DNA from: Geosiphon pyriformis uo1
Lineage: Eukaryota; Fungi; Glomeromycota
Reading direction: 5' to 3'
Length of the DNA stretch: 64,000 nt
Assembly: GCA_016748015.1 (NCBI GenBank)
Contig: JAAOMT010000708.1
Coordinates: 343,968-407,967, forward strand
Part shown: positions 37,298 to 51,296 of the stretch, piece after piece
Layout: every line of letters starts with the position of its first letter
Numbering within the stretch: the stretch's first letter is position 1
Made by a program: the position numbers and the translations under genes
Notes under the pieces: generated by a model
Seen by the model: the letters and a program-made list of their open reading frames with translations, nothing else
What the model was told of the DNA's origin: nothing
The model's database searches: none

Positions 37298-40051
37298 AAC
37301 AGTAATAACAGAGCCAACAGTGGCCTCGTAATCGAAAAACGGTTTTGATTTATCATACTGAATGGTAAAAAACTTCTTTCAAAAAAAAACTCTTGACTCT
37401 TTTTTGGGAATTTTGAACAAAGGAAAAAAAGAAGTTTTTTATTTTTTGTACTATTCTAAGTGAATTGATTAAATTTTTCTGGTTTCAATAATAAATTTTG
37501 TTGTAATAAAGAAAGTATTGTTTTAATTGGTGTTGTAAATAATGTTTTTTAATTGGAAATTAATTCTATAATATAGTAAAAGTTTTCAAATAATTTTTAA
37601 TGTTGTTGTAATTTTTGAAATCTATTATTTAATTGTTTATTGTTAAGTTAATAAATTGTGATATTGGTAAATTGTTGGTATTAATTTTAATTTTGCCTTA
37701 TTTTAGAAAGACTATTTATATTAATATGTAATTTTTTGGTTTGTAATAGACAATATATTTGTAGTTGGCTAAAAAATTAGTTTATTAAGATTATTTAGTA
37801 TTGAGTTTGGAATTTTTTTTGTTAAGCTATTTAAGATCAATATTGTTAATAATAATGTCAATTTTTTTTTCTTTATAAATATTGTTAAAAGTATTTAAAA
37901 ACTAATATAATAGCTGCTATTTTTAATTTAATTGAGCCATATTTTGTTTTAGTAGATTTGAGTGTTCTGTTAATATAAACAATAACTTACTTATTGCTAT
38001 TGTTATCTAATTGTAATAAAATAATACCAAATACTATATATAATATATTAGTAATCAATTAAAACTGTTTGTTGAAATTAAAGTAAACAAAAATTGAAAT
38101 TGTTGTTAAATTTTCTTTTAAAATATCAAAAACTTTTTGTAGAGTGGGGTCTATTGATATATAATATCTTTATTGGTTAAATAATTGAATAGTTTGGCAA
38201 TTTTTAAAAATTTTTTATTGAATTTTCAATAATAATAGGTTAATCTTATAAATCCTCTTAATTTAGTAGTATTGCAGAAAATTTAAAAGTTTTTTACAAT
38301 ACTAATAGTTCTTAAATTGAATTGGATTCCATCTTTGTTAATAATGTATTCAAAAAAATTAAACTTGTTTTCTCAAAGTAGTATTTCTTAATGTTTAGCT
38401 TTAATTTTATTTTCTATAATTATTAAAAAACTTCTTACAAATAAATTAAATAAGCTTTAAAAGTTAGAAAATAGATATTAATATTATCCAAATAAACAAC
38501 TACTGATTGCTATAAAAAATTTTATATATAATATTTATAAGTTACTAAAATATTGCTGGTATATTGCAAAGTTTAAAAGATATTACATTGAATTTGTAGT
38601 TTTTTTTTGAGTAGTAAAAGCTGTTTTGAGTCAGTTTTTTGAATTTATTTTAACTTGTCAGTATTTACTTTCTAAATTTAAAGTTGAAAAAAACTTGATT
38701 TTCTTTAAGGCATCTAATATGTTGTTAATTTTTTGTAAAGAGTATATATTTTTAATTGTTATATTGTTGAGTTAATAATAATCTACACAAAATCTGATCT
38801 TTTTATTTTTTTAATTAGAATTACTAATAAGATTCAAAGATTTTTAATAGTTAAATTAATCTATTATTAAGTATTCATTAATTTTTTTTCTAATAAATTG
38901 GTGGCTAACAAGTAGAATTCAATATATTTGTTAACATTTTAATAAAGCATTTTCTATATAAATTTGGTATTAAATAATATTTGTTTTCTTTAGATCATTG
39001 TTGTTTCTAACAAATATATTAGCATATTCAATAATAATTTGTTTTAATTGTTTTTGTTATTAAAGTTTTAAAAGATTTATGTTAATTCTAATTAGTTTTT
39101 TTTATAAAATAGTAGTTTTTAATGCTTAAGATAATATTTGGATTTGAAAAAAGAATGTGTTTTACAATTTTGATAAAATTAAAAACAATTTGAGAAGTTT
39201 TATTTTGAAAAATATTGCTATGTATAATTTCAATTTCTAGTTTATTCAATAAAATAATTAGATAATTGTTGAGATTATAAAATATAACTTGAAACTTTTT
39301 CATTTTTTTAGAAATATAAATGTTTAAAATTAAAATTTTATATTTTAAACAAATTTGTTTGTTTGATTCAAATATTTATTATTTGGTAATAAGTTTTGAG
39401 CAGATGTAGATTTTTTGATATTTTTTAAAAAATAAAATAGTAATTGGTTGTAAAAGTTAAAAAATCTGGTGAGATTTATTCTGTGCATTAAAAATTATGT
39501 TAACTAAAACTGTAAATTATTTAGTTAAACCAAAACCTTGAATTTTTATTTTATTTTTGCCTAATTGTTCTATGTAATTAATTGATTATAAACTTGAAAT
39601 ATTGATTAAGGATAAATAAATAGCTTAAGCAATTTTGAAATTGATTTATATTAAAAAATTTGGTTAAAAGACCAAAGTATCTTTTTCTAAATATTGTAAA
39701 TCATATCTCACATTAATTTTGTGTGCTTTTTTTGGCTTAATTTCTTAATTTTTATTATCAAAATACTTAAATTGTATAGCAGACTAATTTTTGGTAAAAT
39801 AGATTGATGTAATTGCAATTTTTTTTTTGGTTCAAGTTCTCCAAATTCAATTTTGTATTTGTTGTTTTCAAGTAATAATATGCTAAGAGCATAATATTTT
39901 GGATATTATTAGTTATTACAAAACATAATACATTTTTTATATTACTGAATATTTATTTATTTTAATTATTGAATTTGAACCTTTTTGGTTAAATAAACAT
40001 AATTTGTAATCTGGTGATAAGTTTTTACTTTATCTTTATAATCAAATCCAG

Positions 40052-43000
40052 TATTACTTATAGAAAAAAAGTACAAAAAAAAATAGAAAAAACAGATCAT
40101 AAAATAGACCAATAAAAGAATAATATTTAATAAGTAAGTATATTTTTAGAAAATCATAACACATTTTTAAGAATAAATATATTTCTAAAAAGTAGCATAG
40201 AAAAAAATAGAAATATGTGAGATCTTATATAATATAAATTATATATATATAGCAAAAATATTAAAAGCAGAAAAGACAGAACAATAGTTAAAAACAAGTA
40301 ATTATCAAATAACTTTTTTTTTAAAAAATAGTTTTCTATAATTTAAAGTAAAATTATGTTCATATTAATAAAAATACTTATTATTATTCAATTTATATTG
40401 TTATTACTTAATTAAGAAATATTAATTATTTCTATACTATTAACAATTTATATTGATAAAATTTGATACTTAACTATACTGGACTAATAACTCTTAATCA
40501 TAATTATTGATGAAATACTAATTTTTTATTTTTTTTTTCTTTTTGTTTTCTTTTTGTTTTCTTTTTGTTTTCTTTGTTGTTTATTAATTAATTAAAAAAT
40601 TAAGTTTTAAGTAATTAATATCAAGAATAACCTAGTAAAAAATCTATAAAACAAGAATTAAAACTTTAAGAATAGCTTATTAGAAAAACAAAACTGCCAG
40701 AATAAACTAGCCATTACACTAAAAAAAATTCACAAAAGAAACTATTAATTGAATTTCTGTTCATTATACAAAAGATTCAACAAAAATCTTTAGATAATAA
40801 AATCTTCAGAAATTACTATTATTAATAGCTATTAAGTACCAAATTACAGATTTGTTATTTATTCTAATATCCCAAATAATTACTTGTAATATTTGGTGCT
40901 CTTTGTAAGGTATAATCTAATAAAAAATTAATATCTACAACAATTATTCAGAAAAGTGGCAGAATTAGAAATAATAAAAACAAATTATTTAGGATTTACC
41001 AAATTTTTATTCTAATAATATCAACAATAGTTAAAATTAACTAGCAACTATTTTCTAGTCAAATCAGTCTTTAATTTTTACATTAACAAAAAAATTATAC
41101 ATTTTTTAAGAGAACAAACAAATTTTGAATCAGCAAAAAAAAATTTTTACAGTAAATTATTCCAATATATTAGCTTATTACTAAATTATAATTTTATTAC
41201 AATTATCACTGAAATCAATTGTGAAATTAAAAAATACACTCAACAAAAGTTTTTAATTATATTTATAAATAAAAACAAAAACAGAATACAAATATTAGCA
41301 AATATGCTTAAAACAATATAACTGTTTAACTAAAAGAAACCCAAAGTTATTTTTTTAATACATCTATTATATCATTATATACCAAAAAGTAACATTAACA
41401 TACTATCAAATTTTGTGTTATTATCTACAACAAAACTAACTGTTACAAGAATTTTATTTTAAAACAATCAGAAGAAATTTAAACTATTAAGAACCTATGC
41501 CAATTATTTTGAAGGATTTAAATTGTAATTAACAATTTTATTAGAACTTTAATTACTACTATTTCAACCAAATTTTAAATCTACTAATAATTGGAAAAAA
41601 ACAAAATCAGAAAATAATAATAATAACAATTAAGAAATTAATAATTAAAATCTGATCCCAAATAATCTGAAAATTTAAACTTTAATTGTTGTTACCGGAG
41701 GTTTTTGGTCTCTTTCCTTAAATGTTGGTAATGTTGATTTGCTGTGAATTCACGTTCTCAGGAAGTAGGTAAACCTCCAGTAACTGAATTTATCTTCAAA
41801 TTATCTCTGATAATTTGAACTGCTGGGCTGATAAGTGGAATGGCCAATTCCTTGCCAGTTACTTTATGTAGTTACGTTGTAGTAAACGTCAACTCTTTCC
41901 CAGGAATTGCTCATCTGGAAGCTCACTAAAATGTGTAGTTACTTTGCTGTGAAAGTCAACTCTTCTACAGGAATTTCGTTTGTAGGCTACCCTAATGATT
42001 GTAATAAAAAAAGAAAAGAAAAATAAAAAAAATATAAAAGAAATAGAATTTTATCAAGGAAAACGTTTTCTATCCAGGCCTGGAGTCACTAACAGTTTAT
42101 TGAAATTGGTAGCTAATCAATTTCAACATTTCCTTGAAGAGAAAAGCTCTTTTTTTATACAACTTGTTGTAGTACTAGTCTATAAACTTGCACTTTTTCT
42201 CTTTGCTCAAATTTCGGTGAATTAAAGATACATTTTGATGAACTACAAGTTATTTCACTGAACTATTGATTAATTTGGGTGAACTATTCATAATTTCGGC
42301 GAATTTCTGTAAATTTCGGCGAATTTTTGAATATTATAAAGTTCAGAGTATTGTGTAATTTGATCATCCTACTTTCTGTTATACTAATTAGATTATTTTG
42401 ATTGAATTGTGATATGTGATAATTGATTAAATAATAAATGATAATTTGAAATGATATTAATATACTAATTAATTATAGGAATTATAAGGGTAATTTCATG
42501 TTAATTAATAGCTAAAATTCTACTGGTAACATTGTTTAATCTTAGCAAAACTTAAATAATTCAAATCTTATTCTTATTATTCAACAAAACCTACTTTTAA
42601 TTATTTAGATTAATCTACCACCAGTTATACCAATAGTTCTTTTATTATAACAACACTAATAACAATTACTACTAGTATTAATAGTTTATATATTAATTAC
42701 AAAACTAAAAAATTTATTGGAAAAGAAAACAACATCCAAGCATAATTAAACAATATGGCAAAAATCATCACAGCCAACAGATAAGATAATGTCAAAGCTC
42801 TTTAAATTATTTCATATTTTCTACAAGATACTGTCAACTTATATTATTAGGATCTTATAAACAAACTTAATAACTTTAACATATTTAAAACTGTGTTTTT
42901 ATAGTATTTTAGTAATTATAATAGTATCAATTAGCTATTAACTGGTTTTATTATAATCAAATAAGACAATATAAAACAGTCATCACTTATTTAAAATGCT

Positions 43001-46000
43001 TTTACAGAAATTTGCACCAAATCTAAGCAATTAATGCTAATTACTTTATAGCATCACAGATTTTAAATTAATTTATTTATAAATTATGCAGTAATTTATT
43101 ACAACAAGTATACTTATTACATCTAAACATATTTTAAAACATAATTACCTATATTAAAGATTTTAAATTAATAGAATTCAAAACCAAATATGCTTAAACC
43201 ATAAATTTAATAATAAATAGATTATCTGAATTAAATACCAAATTAAAGCAATTTAGTAAAACAATTAATCAGAAAATTGAAAGATACTTAATTAGCAATT
43301 AGACAATTTATTGATCTTCTTAATATTATAATCATTAAAAAAACTTTAATTAGTTCCAAAATCAGTTGTATTTATTATAATTAGCTTTAGCAACTCAATT
43401 ATAATAACAAAAAATATGTATCTGTTATTATTGTAATAAACAAGAAAACTTAAAAATAAATTATAGGGCAAGATTAAATAACCAATAATCAAGAAATCAA
43501 TATTAAAATTCTGATTGCAGATTTCAAATTCCAAATTACACTAACAATTTGTTATTAAAACTATACTAATATCAACTTTATTATGTGCTAATAATACAAT
43601 AACTAATATATTTATCTCTAATTTATTAAATATTAATATCAATAATCTTTTAACTACTGCAATCACAGATAGTTTACCAACTTTAACAAATTCAAGTGCA
43701 GTCTCAAATTTTAGCTCAAATCACTAATAAAAATCAAAAACTGAGAATTATCTACATCCAACAAAATTAAAAATTGGCAATAATTATATATCAACTAATT
43801 TTCAGTTCTTTAAACCAGCCATTAGGATTATGTTCAAAAAATTTAGAAAATGAGTATGCCCAAAACCCAAATTTTCAAATCTATTTAAGTCTTTTAGCTA
43901 CTCCAATAAACAATCTATTTAATAACTTAAAAATTCAAAAAACACTTGTCAATAATATTTTACTTGTTATTATTATGAAAGACAAGTTGTTTACCACAAT
44001 ATTTCTTTTTAAACTTAAAGAACCAATAATAATATATCTTCTTAGTAAAGCTGTTCTTAATATTAAACTAATTACTATTATGTATACTAATACCAAAATT
44101 GATGGTCATTCTATTAAAATAATTTTTGATAACAGATTAGCAAACAGTATTATTACATAACAATTTATGAACTAATTAGATTATTGAATTAATTATGCTG
44201 TTAACACTAGAATTATTACTACTAATAGAATGATTAAGGCTTTTATTGGCAAAATCAATAATTTTCTAATTGAAGTTAATAGTATTATTATGCTCATCAA
44301 AGTTTTAATAATAGAAACCATATAATATCAAGCTTTTATTGATAATAACTAGCTGGCTAAAACCAATACTGTGCTTGATTAAAACACTTAAAAACTTCAG
44401 CTAGCATATATTAGACAACATAATTGGGTTTTAGATATCTGTGGCCACTTTAAAACTACTACAACTACCTAATTACAATCATTGATCAAATTTAAGAAAA
44501 AAAAAGAAATTTATTTGGAAAGTCTATTAAGTATTATGAACCAAAAAAAAACACAATAAGTTATTACTAGTATTTACATAAAACAATAAAGACAAAGAAA
44601 AAAAAGATAATAAACTACAAGTTACTACTTCTATAAAAAAACTAGCAAGCAATTAAAGTATCTTATACTTAATACTAGTACTAAAAAAATACTCACTTTA
44701 TATCTCATTTAAATACATAAATTGCAAAAAAAAGCTTTTATCTATAAGAGCTTGTATATTATCTGAGAATAAATACAAAACACATATCTGTTATTATTAT
44801 AAAACATATTACCAAAAATAATTTAAATAACTAAAAAGACAAGACAAGTAAAACAACAAATCATGTCTTATTTGTAAAAAGATCTTACTTGATAAAAAAA
44901 TATAAAATGATATTTTTGATTATAAAAAACATGTGATGTATTATGCCAATACATAATTCTTATAAACAATTAGATAAGCTAAAAAATGTTTTTTAATACT
45001 ATGTAAAACAAGATTTTTTTATGTTTAGATGATTATTTATATAATGAAAACAAAATCTAACAAATAGTAAGTATTAAAATTAAAGACACTTTATCTAATA
45101 AAATATTGACAATCAAAAACAACCTACTAAAATCTGTTAAAATTATTCTTGTTTTAAATCCAGATATTTTTGTTAATATTATAAACAACTTAGAACAATT
45201 TCATAAATATTATTAAAATCTAGAATTTACTCAAAAAAAGCAAGAGCAGTATTTAAAACAATTAAATATTAAACTTTGTAAACATTGTTTAATTTCTAGT
45301 AACTTCAAATATTATAACAATTATAACATTATTTACAATCTATTACTATATATAATCTATTTAATTCTTAAAAAAAAAGAACTAATTAGTGAATGTGTCT
45401 TAAAATCAAAATCGAAATGTAATTACAATTCAGACTTTGATGATAATAACAACAATGGTTTCAATACTATCCACAATAAAAACAACAACAATGATAATTA
45501 AAACTCCAATAAAAACTCTGAACAATATATCATGCTTTTAAATTTTATAATAAAGCAAAAACTTAAATAATTTAACAATAACAATAAAGATATTATGCTA
45601 GAATGCATATATAATATTAATATAAAATTTGATTTCAGATATTTTGAAAAAACTGTTATTAGATTGAAATCTTATTTATGCACCAGCATAGATTTAAAAT
45701 TAATATTAGAAATTCTAACAATAATAATAGTACAATTAGTATCTAAATTTAGTTTAGCAAAAAAAGATTAATATTAAAAAAAGAATAATTGATACAAGAT
45801 ATATAAAAAATATTATTGTAATACTACAAAACAAATTAGAAAAAGCATATACTATTGAACTAAATAAAAGGACAACACAAGCAATATTCTTGCTTTTGAT
45901 AAAAATAATTCAGTTAGTATTAGTAAAAACAAAAAAAAACAGAAATAACAGCAAAAAAAAAAAAAAATTTGAATTTATGAGTAAAATAAAAATACCAGTC

Positions 46001-49000
46001 AATATAATAGAAAAAAAAACAATAGATTAAGAAAAAATTATTTTTACTTATTAATTAATTTCTATTTTATTATATAACTAATATATATTAACTATAAAGA
46101 AGAAAATAAAAAATCAATTCCAAATTTTTGAAGTAGATCTTACTATTTGTGAATCAAAAAAAATTGCTATTACTAATTTTTATATATTAGCCAAAAATCA
46201 TAAACATATTAAGATTTCAATATATAATATAACTAAAAACTTAATAAAAATACTAAGTGAAATTATTATTGAATACTTAAATATTAAAGTTGAAGATCAA
46301 ATACCAATTATTATTCTAAATTTTTTACAACTTTGTGAATATATGAACATCATATTAAAAATCATTTATAAACAAAAAAAATGTTATTTGCTATAACCAA
46401 AACAATTAGAGCAAATAAACTTAAAAAACTTAAACTCACTTCAACATATGTAAATTAAGCTATTATTTAACAATTTTATCAACATTTTTGTAAGTAAAAA
46501 TGAGTTTGGTAAAACTGACATCATTTAGTACCAGATCAAAATTAAAGATGTAATATCAATTAAACAAAAAGCATACTAAGTATTACTTATCAGTCATAAG
46601 ATTATTTGTTAAAAAATTAACTATATATTAAACAATAGATTAATTTAACTATTAATAAGTCCATAGTCATTACCAGTAGTACTCATCTAAAAAAAATGGA
46701 AAGATTTGCTTTTTTGTGAATTATAAAAAATTCAACAGTATTATTTATAAAGACAGTTATCTAATTTTACAAATCCAAGAGTTATTTGATGTTTTTAGAA
46801 GAAAAAAATAGTTTTTAACATTAAATTTAAATAGTAATTATTGGCAAGTAACCATAAATTTAGCTGACAAGAAAAAAACAGCATTTACTATCAAAAAAAA
46901 ACTTTGAATTTAATATTATGTCTTTTGGCTTAATTAATGTTTCAGTTATTTTTTAATAGTTAATAGAAGTTGTTTATATTAGATTACTATAAAAATCAAT
47001 AGCAGTTTACCTAAATAACACCAATGTATTCTTCAAAACATTCAATAACTATCTCTACTATCTTCAATAAGTGTTCAAAAAATTAAAAAAAGCAGAATTA
47101 AAATTAAATATTACTAAGTGTTTCTTTGAAAAAACTGAATTCAAGTTTTTAAGACATGTTTTAAGCAAAGATAGCATTAAAACAGATTTAAATAAAATTA
47201 AGATAGTTAAAAACTTTTCAGTAATAATAAACTTAACAGAACTAAAAGTATTTTTAAGATTTTTTGGATATTACTGTTACTTTATTCAGAATTTTTTCAA
47301 ATTGGTTTAATTACTATATTAGCTCTAAACAAAAAACACTAAATATAAATAAACTGAAAAACAACAAAAAAGTTTTAATACATTAAGAAGAAAGCTTATT
47401 CAAGCTCTAATATTAATTTACTTAAATCATAGCAATTCATTTATTATTACTACTAATGTATTAGATCAAGCATTGAAAGCTATATTATTACAAAAAAAAT
47501 CAAATGAATAAGAATATCTAATGGTATATGTTAGCCAAAGTTTAAGTTCAGCTAAAAAAAACCATAGAACTCCAATACTAGAACATTTAGCTATTTATTA
47601 GGCTATTATCAAATAAAAAAAATACTTAAACCAAAAATTTAATATATATACTGATTACAAAAGATTAATATCAATTTAAAAACAAAAATTTAAAGATAAT
47701 TACCATATAAGATAAAAAATAGAACTATTATTATTTAATTATACAATATATTATAAAAAAAAAAAAAAAATGCTGATGATTTGTTACAAATAAGACAAAT
47801 CTAAAAACATTTTAACCCAAAAATATAACAAAAAATAAACACACAAAATATTAACAACTTTAATATTATATGAATACTTAATAGTTTAAAAAAAATTATC
47901 TTAAAAAGAACAAAACAACATAAAACAACAATCAAAATATTTTATTATTTACCAAAATATACTATATTAGAAAAACAGAAAAAATTCAAACCAACTACTC
48001 AAAGTAATTACAAAACCAAAAAAAGAAACAATACTGTTCAATATGTACTTAGATCTAATTGCAGAATATTTTCATAAAGAAGCAATTATAGAAAAAATCA
48101 AAAAAGATATTATTGGCTATTAATATATTTAGACATTATTTAATATGTTTAAAATTGTGATGTTTATTAAAAAAAAAAACTCAATAAACCACTAAAACCA
48201 ATTAAAATAAAACAACTATTTGATTAAATTAGAATTAACTTAGTAGAACTATTAACAATAACTAACAGAAACAACTAATACATAACAATAATTATAAACT
48301 ATTTTACAAAATAGCCAAAAGCTAAAGCCATTTAAAAAACAGATGCAAAATTTGTAGCCAAATTCATATACCAAAATTTGATTTATTGACATAAAAGTCC
48401 AAAAAAATTGTTATCAAACCAAGAAACTTATTTTGTAAACAGAACATTAACAAAATTAAGTCAAAAATTTAAAATTAAAAAACTATTATTATTTTTATAT
48501 TATTTACAAACAAATAGCTTAGTTAAAAAGTTTAATAAAATATTGTGTAAAACAATAGTCAAGATTAGCTAAAAAAACCAGAATAAATGAAATTTGTTTA
48601 TACTATCAGCATTATTTGCTTATTAAATAATAAAACAAGATACTATACAAACAACACTATTTGAACTACTCTATAATAGAACAACAATATTACCAGTTGA
48701 AATAAAAATCAATACATATCTAATTAAACCAATAATAGAAGTTAACTTTCAAAAAACATTACTAAAAAGAACATATAACTTAATAAAAACTTTAAAAAAT
48801 AAAAAATAGCTAATAATATACAAAAATTACAAAAAAAATAAAAAAAATAACATAACAACCAGTTATTAGATAAACCAGTCAAATTTAGAATTAAATACAA
48901 ATTATTCTTATATTATACCAAAGCAAAAAAACAATAAAGTGAAAAGTTTAACTTCAAATGAAATAATTTATTTTATATTGAAAAAATTTTAGGAAATAAA

Positions 49001-50681
49001 GCTTATAAATTAAGATAGAACAACAAAATTTAATCAAAGCAGTACATAGTAATTAACTGAAATTATATTACAATATAATATTATTATTTATTAATAATAT
49101 TCTACAACTAAAAGTACAAGAAATATTAATTAAACCAAATAAGATTTTATGAGATTTGAAATTAATTATAATTATTAAAGAAAACACAAAAAGTAAATTA
49201 AGATAAAAGTATATAAAAACACAATATATGTAACAAAAGCAACAGTAAAAGATGGAAATTCCAGACCACATTTACATAATAATACAACAATTGTTTTAAA
49301 CCATAAATTAACAATAATTAAACATAGAAATTATCATTAATTACTAAACAATTTATTATAAAAACACAAAAAAACAAATATTATTTTATATTAGCAACCA
49401 CAAAACTAAACAAAGCACTAGTTAAATAAGATGATAAGAAAAGTAAAAAATACTTTTGAAAAAATATTAATTACTATTCTAATAAAAGAATTAACTAAAA
49501 AAACTGAAAGCTATAAATAGAACAATTTTCAATAGTATACTGATACTATTAGTTGAAACAAAAGCTAAATATTCAAGAATTATATACTAATAAATCCAAA
49601 AAAATGTTTAATTAAAAAATAATACAATAAATTAAAAACTTTATCAGAAAAAAAATAAGTTTTATACTATATATTAAAACAAATTATTAACTATATACTG
49701 TATTTTAAAATTATTCAAAAATATTACTACATTCAAAAATAAAAACAATAACTATTAACAGTGAAAAAGAATAACCAATTTTTAATTTGAAGACATAAAA
49801 ACCAGAATTAAATAAATAATATTAAAAAAAAAAGTAATAAACTTAATTTAAAATAAGAATTTCAATAGAGCTTAATATTAAAGAAAAAAATATTATTATT
49901 CATAAAAAAAGAGTACAAGAAAAAGATAAAAAAAACAAATTATAAAATAGACCAATAGAAGAATAGTACTTAATAAGTAATTATATTTTTAAGAAATTAT
50001 AGCATATTTTCAAAAATAAGCACATTTTTAAAAAGTAGCATAAAAAAAAAGTAAAAATATGTAGAATTTTGTATAACATAAATTATGTATATATAGTGAG
50101 TATATTAAAAGCAAAAAAAACAGAACAGTAATTAAAAACAAGTAATTATTAAATACTTTTTCTTTTAAAAAATAGTTTTCTATAACTTAAAATGGAATCA
50201 TATTCATATTAATAAAAATATTTATTATCATTTAATTTATGTTTTTATTGCTTAATTAAGAAATATTAATTACTTTTGCACTATCAATAACTTATGTTAA
50301 TAAAATCTGATATTTAACTATACTAGATCAATAGCTCTTAATTACAACTATTGATGGAATACTAATTTTTTTTATTTTTTTTTATTTTTTTTTTGTTGTT
50401 TACTAATTAATATTAAGAATAGCTTGGTAAAAAATTTGTAAAACAAAAGTAGAAACTTTAAAGATAGCTTATTAAAAGAGCATAACTGTTAAAATAAACT
50501 GGCCATTATACTAAAAAAAAAATTTATAAAAGAAATCATTAATTGAATCTTTGTTTATTATATAAAAAACTTAATTACCTTTAGATTAAAAATTTTTAGA
50601 AGTCACTATTATTGATAGCTATTAAGTATTAAGTTATAAATTTGTTATTTATTCTAATACTTCAAATAATTATCTATAATA
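40052..50681 (+). mobile_element. Full-length but strongly decayed Ty3/Gypsy element E7; LTRs 40052-40891 and 49894-50681; ORF3 ~49252-49880
   Basis: Two homologous LTRs, PBS TTTGGTGCTCTTTGTAAGG, collinear with E4 throughout; flanks CCAG/CTGG. Confidence 0.9.
41690..42531 (-). mobile_element. Solo LTR S3 (family A, relatively young, internal deletion) in gag of E7
   Basis: TGTTACC...GGTAACA, perfect 4-bp TSD TTGT, CpGs retained. Confidence 0.93.
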
Positions 50682-51296
50682 CTGGCTAATTTTATTGTGT
50701 ATTTGATATATTCTACTTTTTTCATTTAGCAAACATTTTTCTGGATGGCTTTATTGATTAAGACTGTGACAAAATTATTAATCATTTTGGTATTGTGTAG
50801 ATAATAATAGAGTTTGTTAAAAATATTGATATATATTATATTAAAAAGTATTTTTTGTCTGACTTTTTTAGAGATTAATAAAGCATATTGGCAAGTTTAA
50901 TTATATACTTTTTTTCTTATTACAACATTAATTCAGTTGTATTTCTTTGGTAATAATTTTTTACATATAAGACAAAATGTATTATTCTATTTTTTGTTTT
51001 GTTTTGTTTTGGGCTGTCAAATTATTCTCAGTAGTAGGTCTTATAGTAATAGCAAATACAAATTTTATATTTTTTTTTAAGTAATATGTAAGCTTTTATT
51101 AATAAAAACATTTTGTTGTAATTTTTGTATCTGAATAAAATATATGATAGTTGCTTATTTGGTTCTGATTTTGAATATAGCACATACTAATTATTAACTG
51201 GTTTGGTTGTAAAAATAGATTGTTAACTGATTTTTTTAATTATAATAATATTGGTATAATATAAATAGTTCAAATAACTGCTTTGTTTCTTCAGCC

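Larger units (their letters stand above)
30698..37434 (-). mobile_element. Near full-length non-LTR retrotransposon (LINE) with APE endonuclease, RT and RNase H, inserted in E6 integrase
   Basis: Two long ORFs, A-rich (TAAAAAA)n tail at ~30698-30730; higher GC and retained CpG suggest a younger age. Confidence 0.93.
27830..51190 (-). mobile_element. Decayed minus-strand Ty3/Gypsy element E6: 3' LTR (family A) 27830-28865, ORF3 ~28870-29545, integrase to ~30695, pol 37440-40051, gag remnant 50682-51190; interrupted by the LINE and E7
   Basis: Reverse-complement similarity to E1 LTR, ORF3 and integrase; RT remnants ~38400-38900; 5' extent uncertain. Confidence 0.7.

Noticed and set aside
31053-37331. 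Many plus-strand ORFs over the LINE
   Set aside because: Antisense shadows of GC-richer coding sequence with no recognisable motifs
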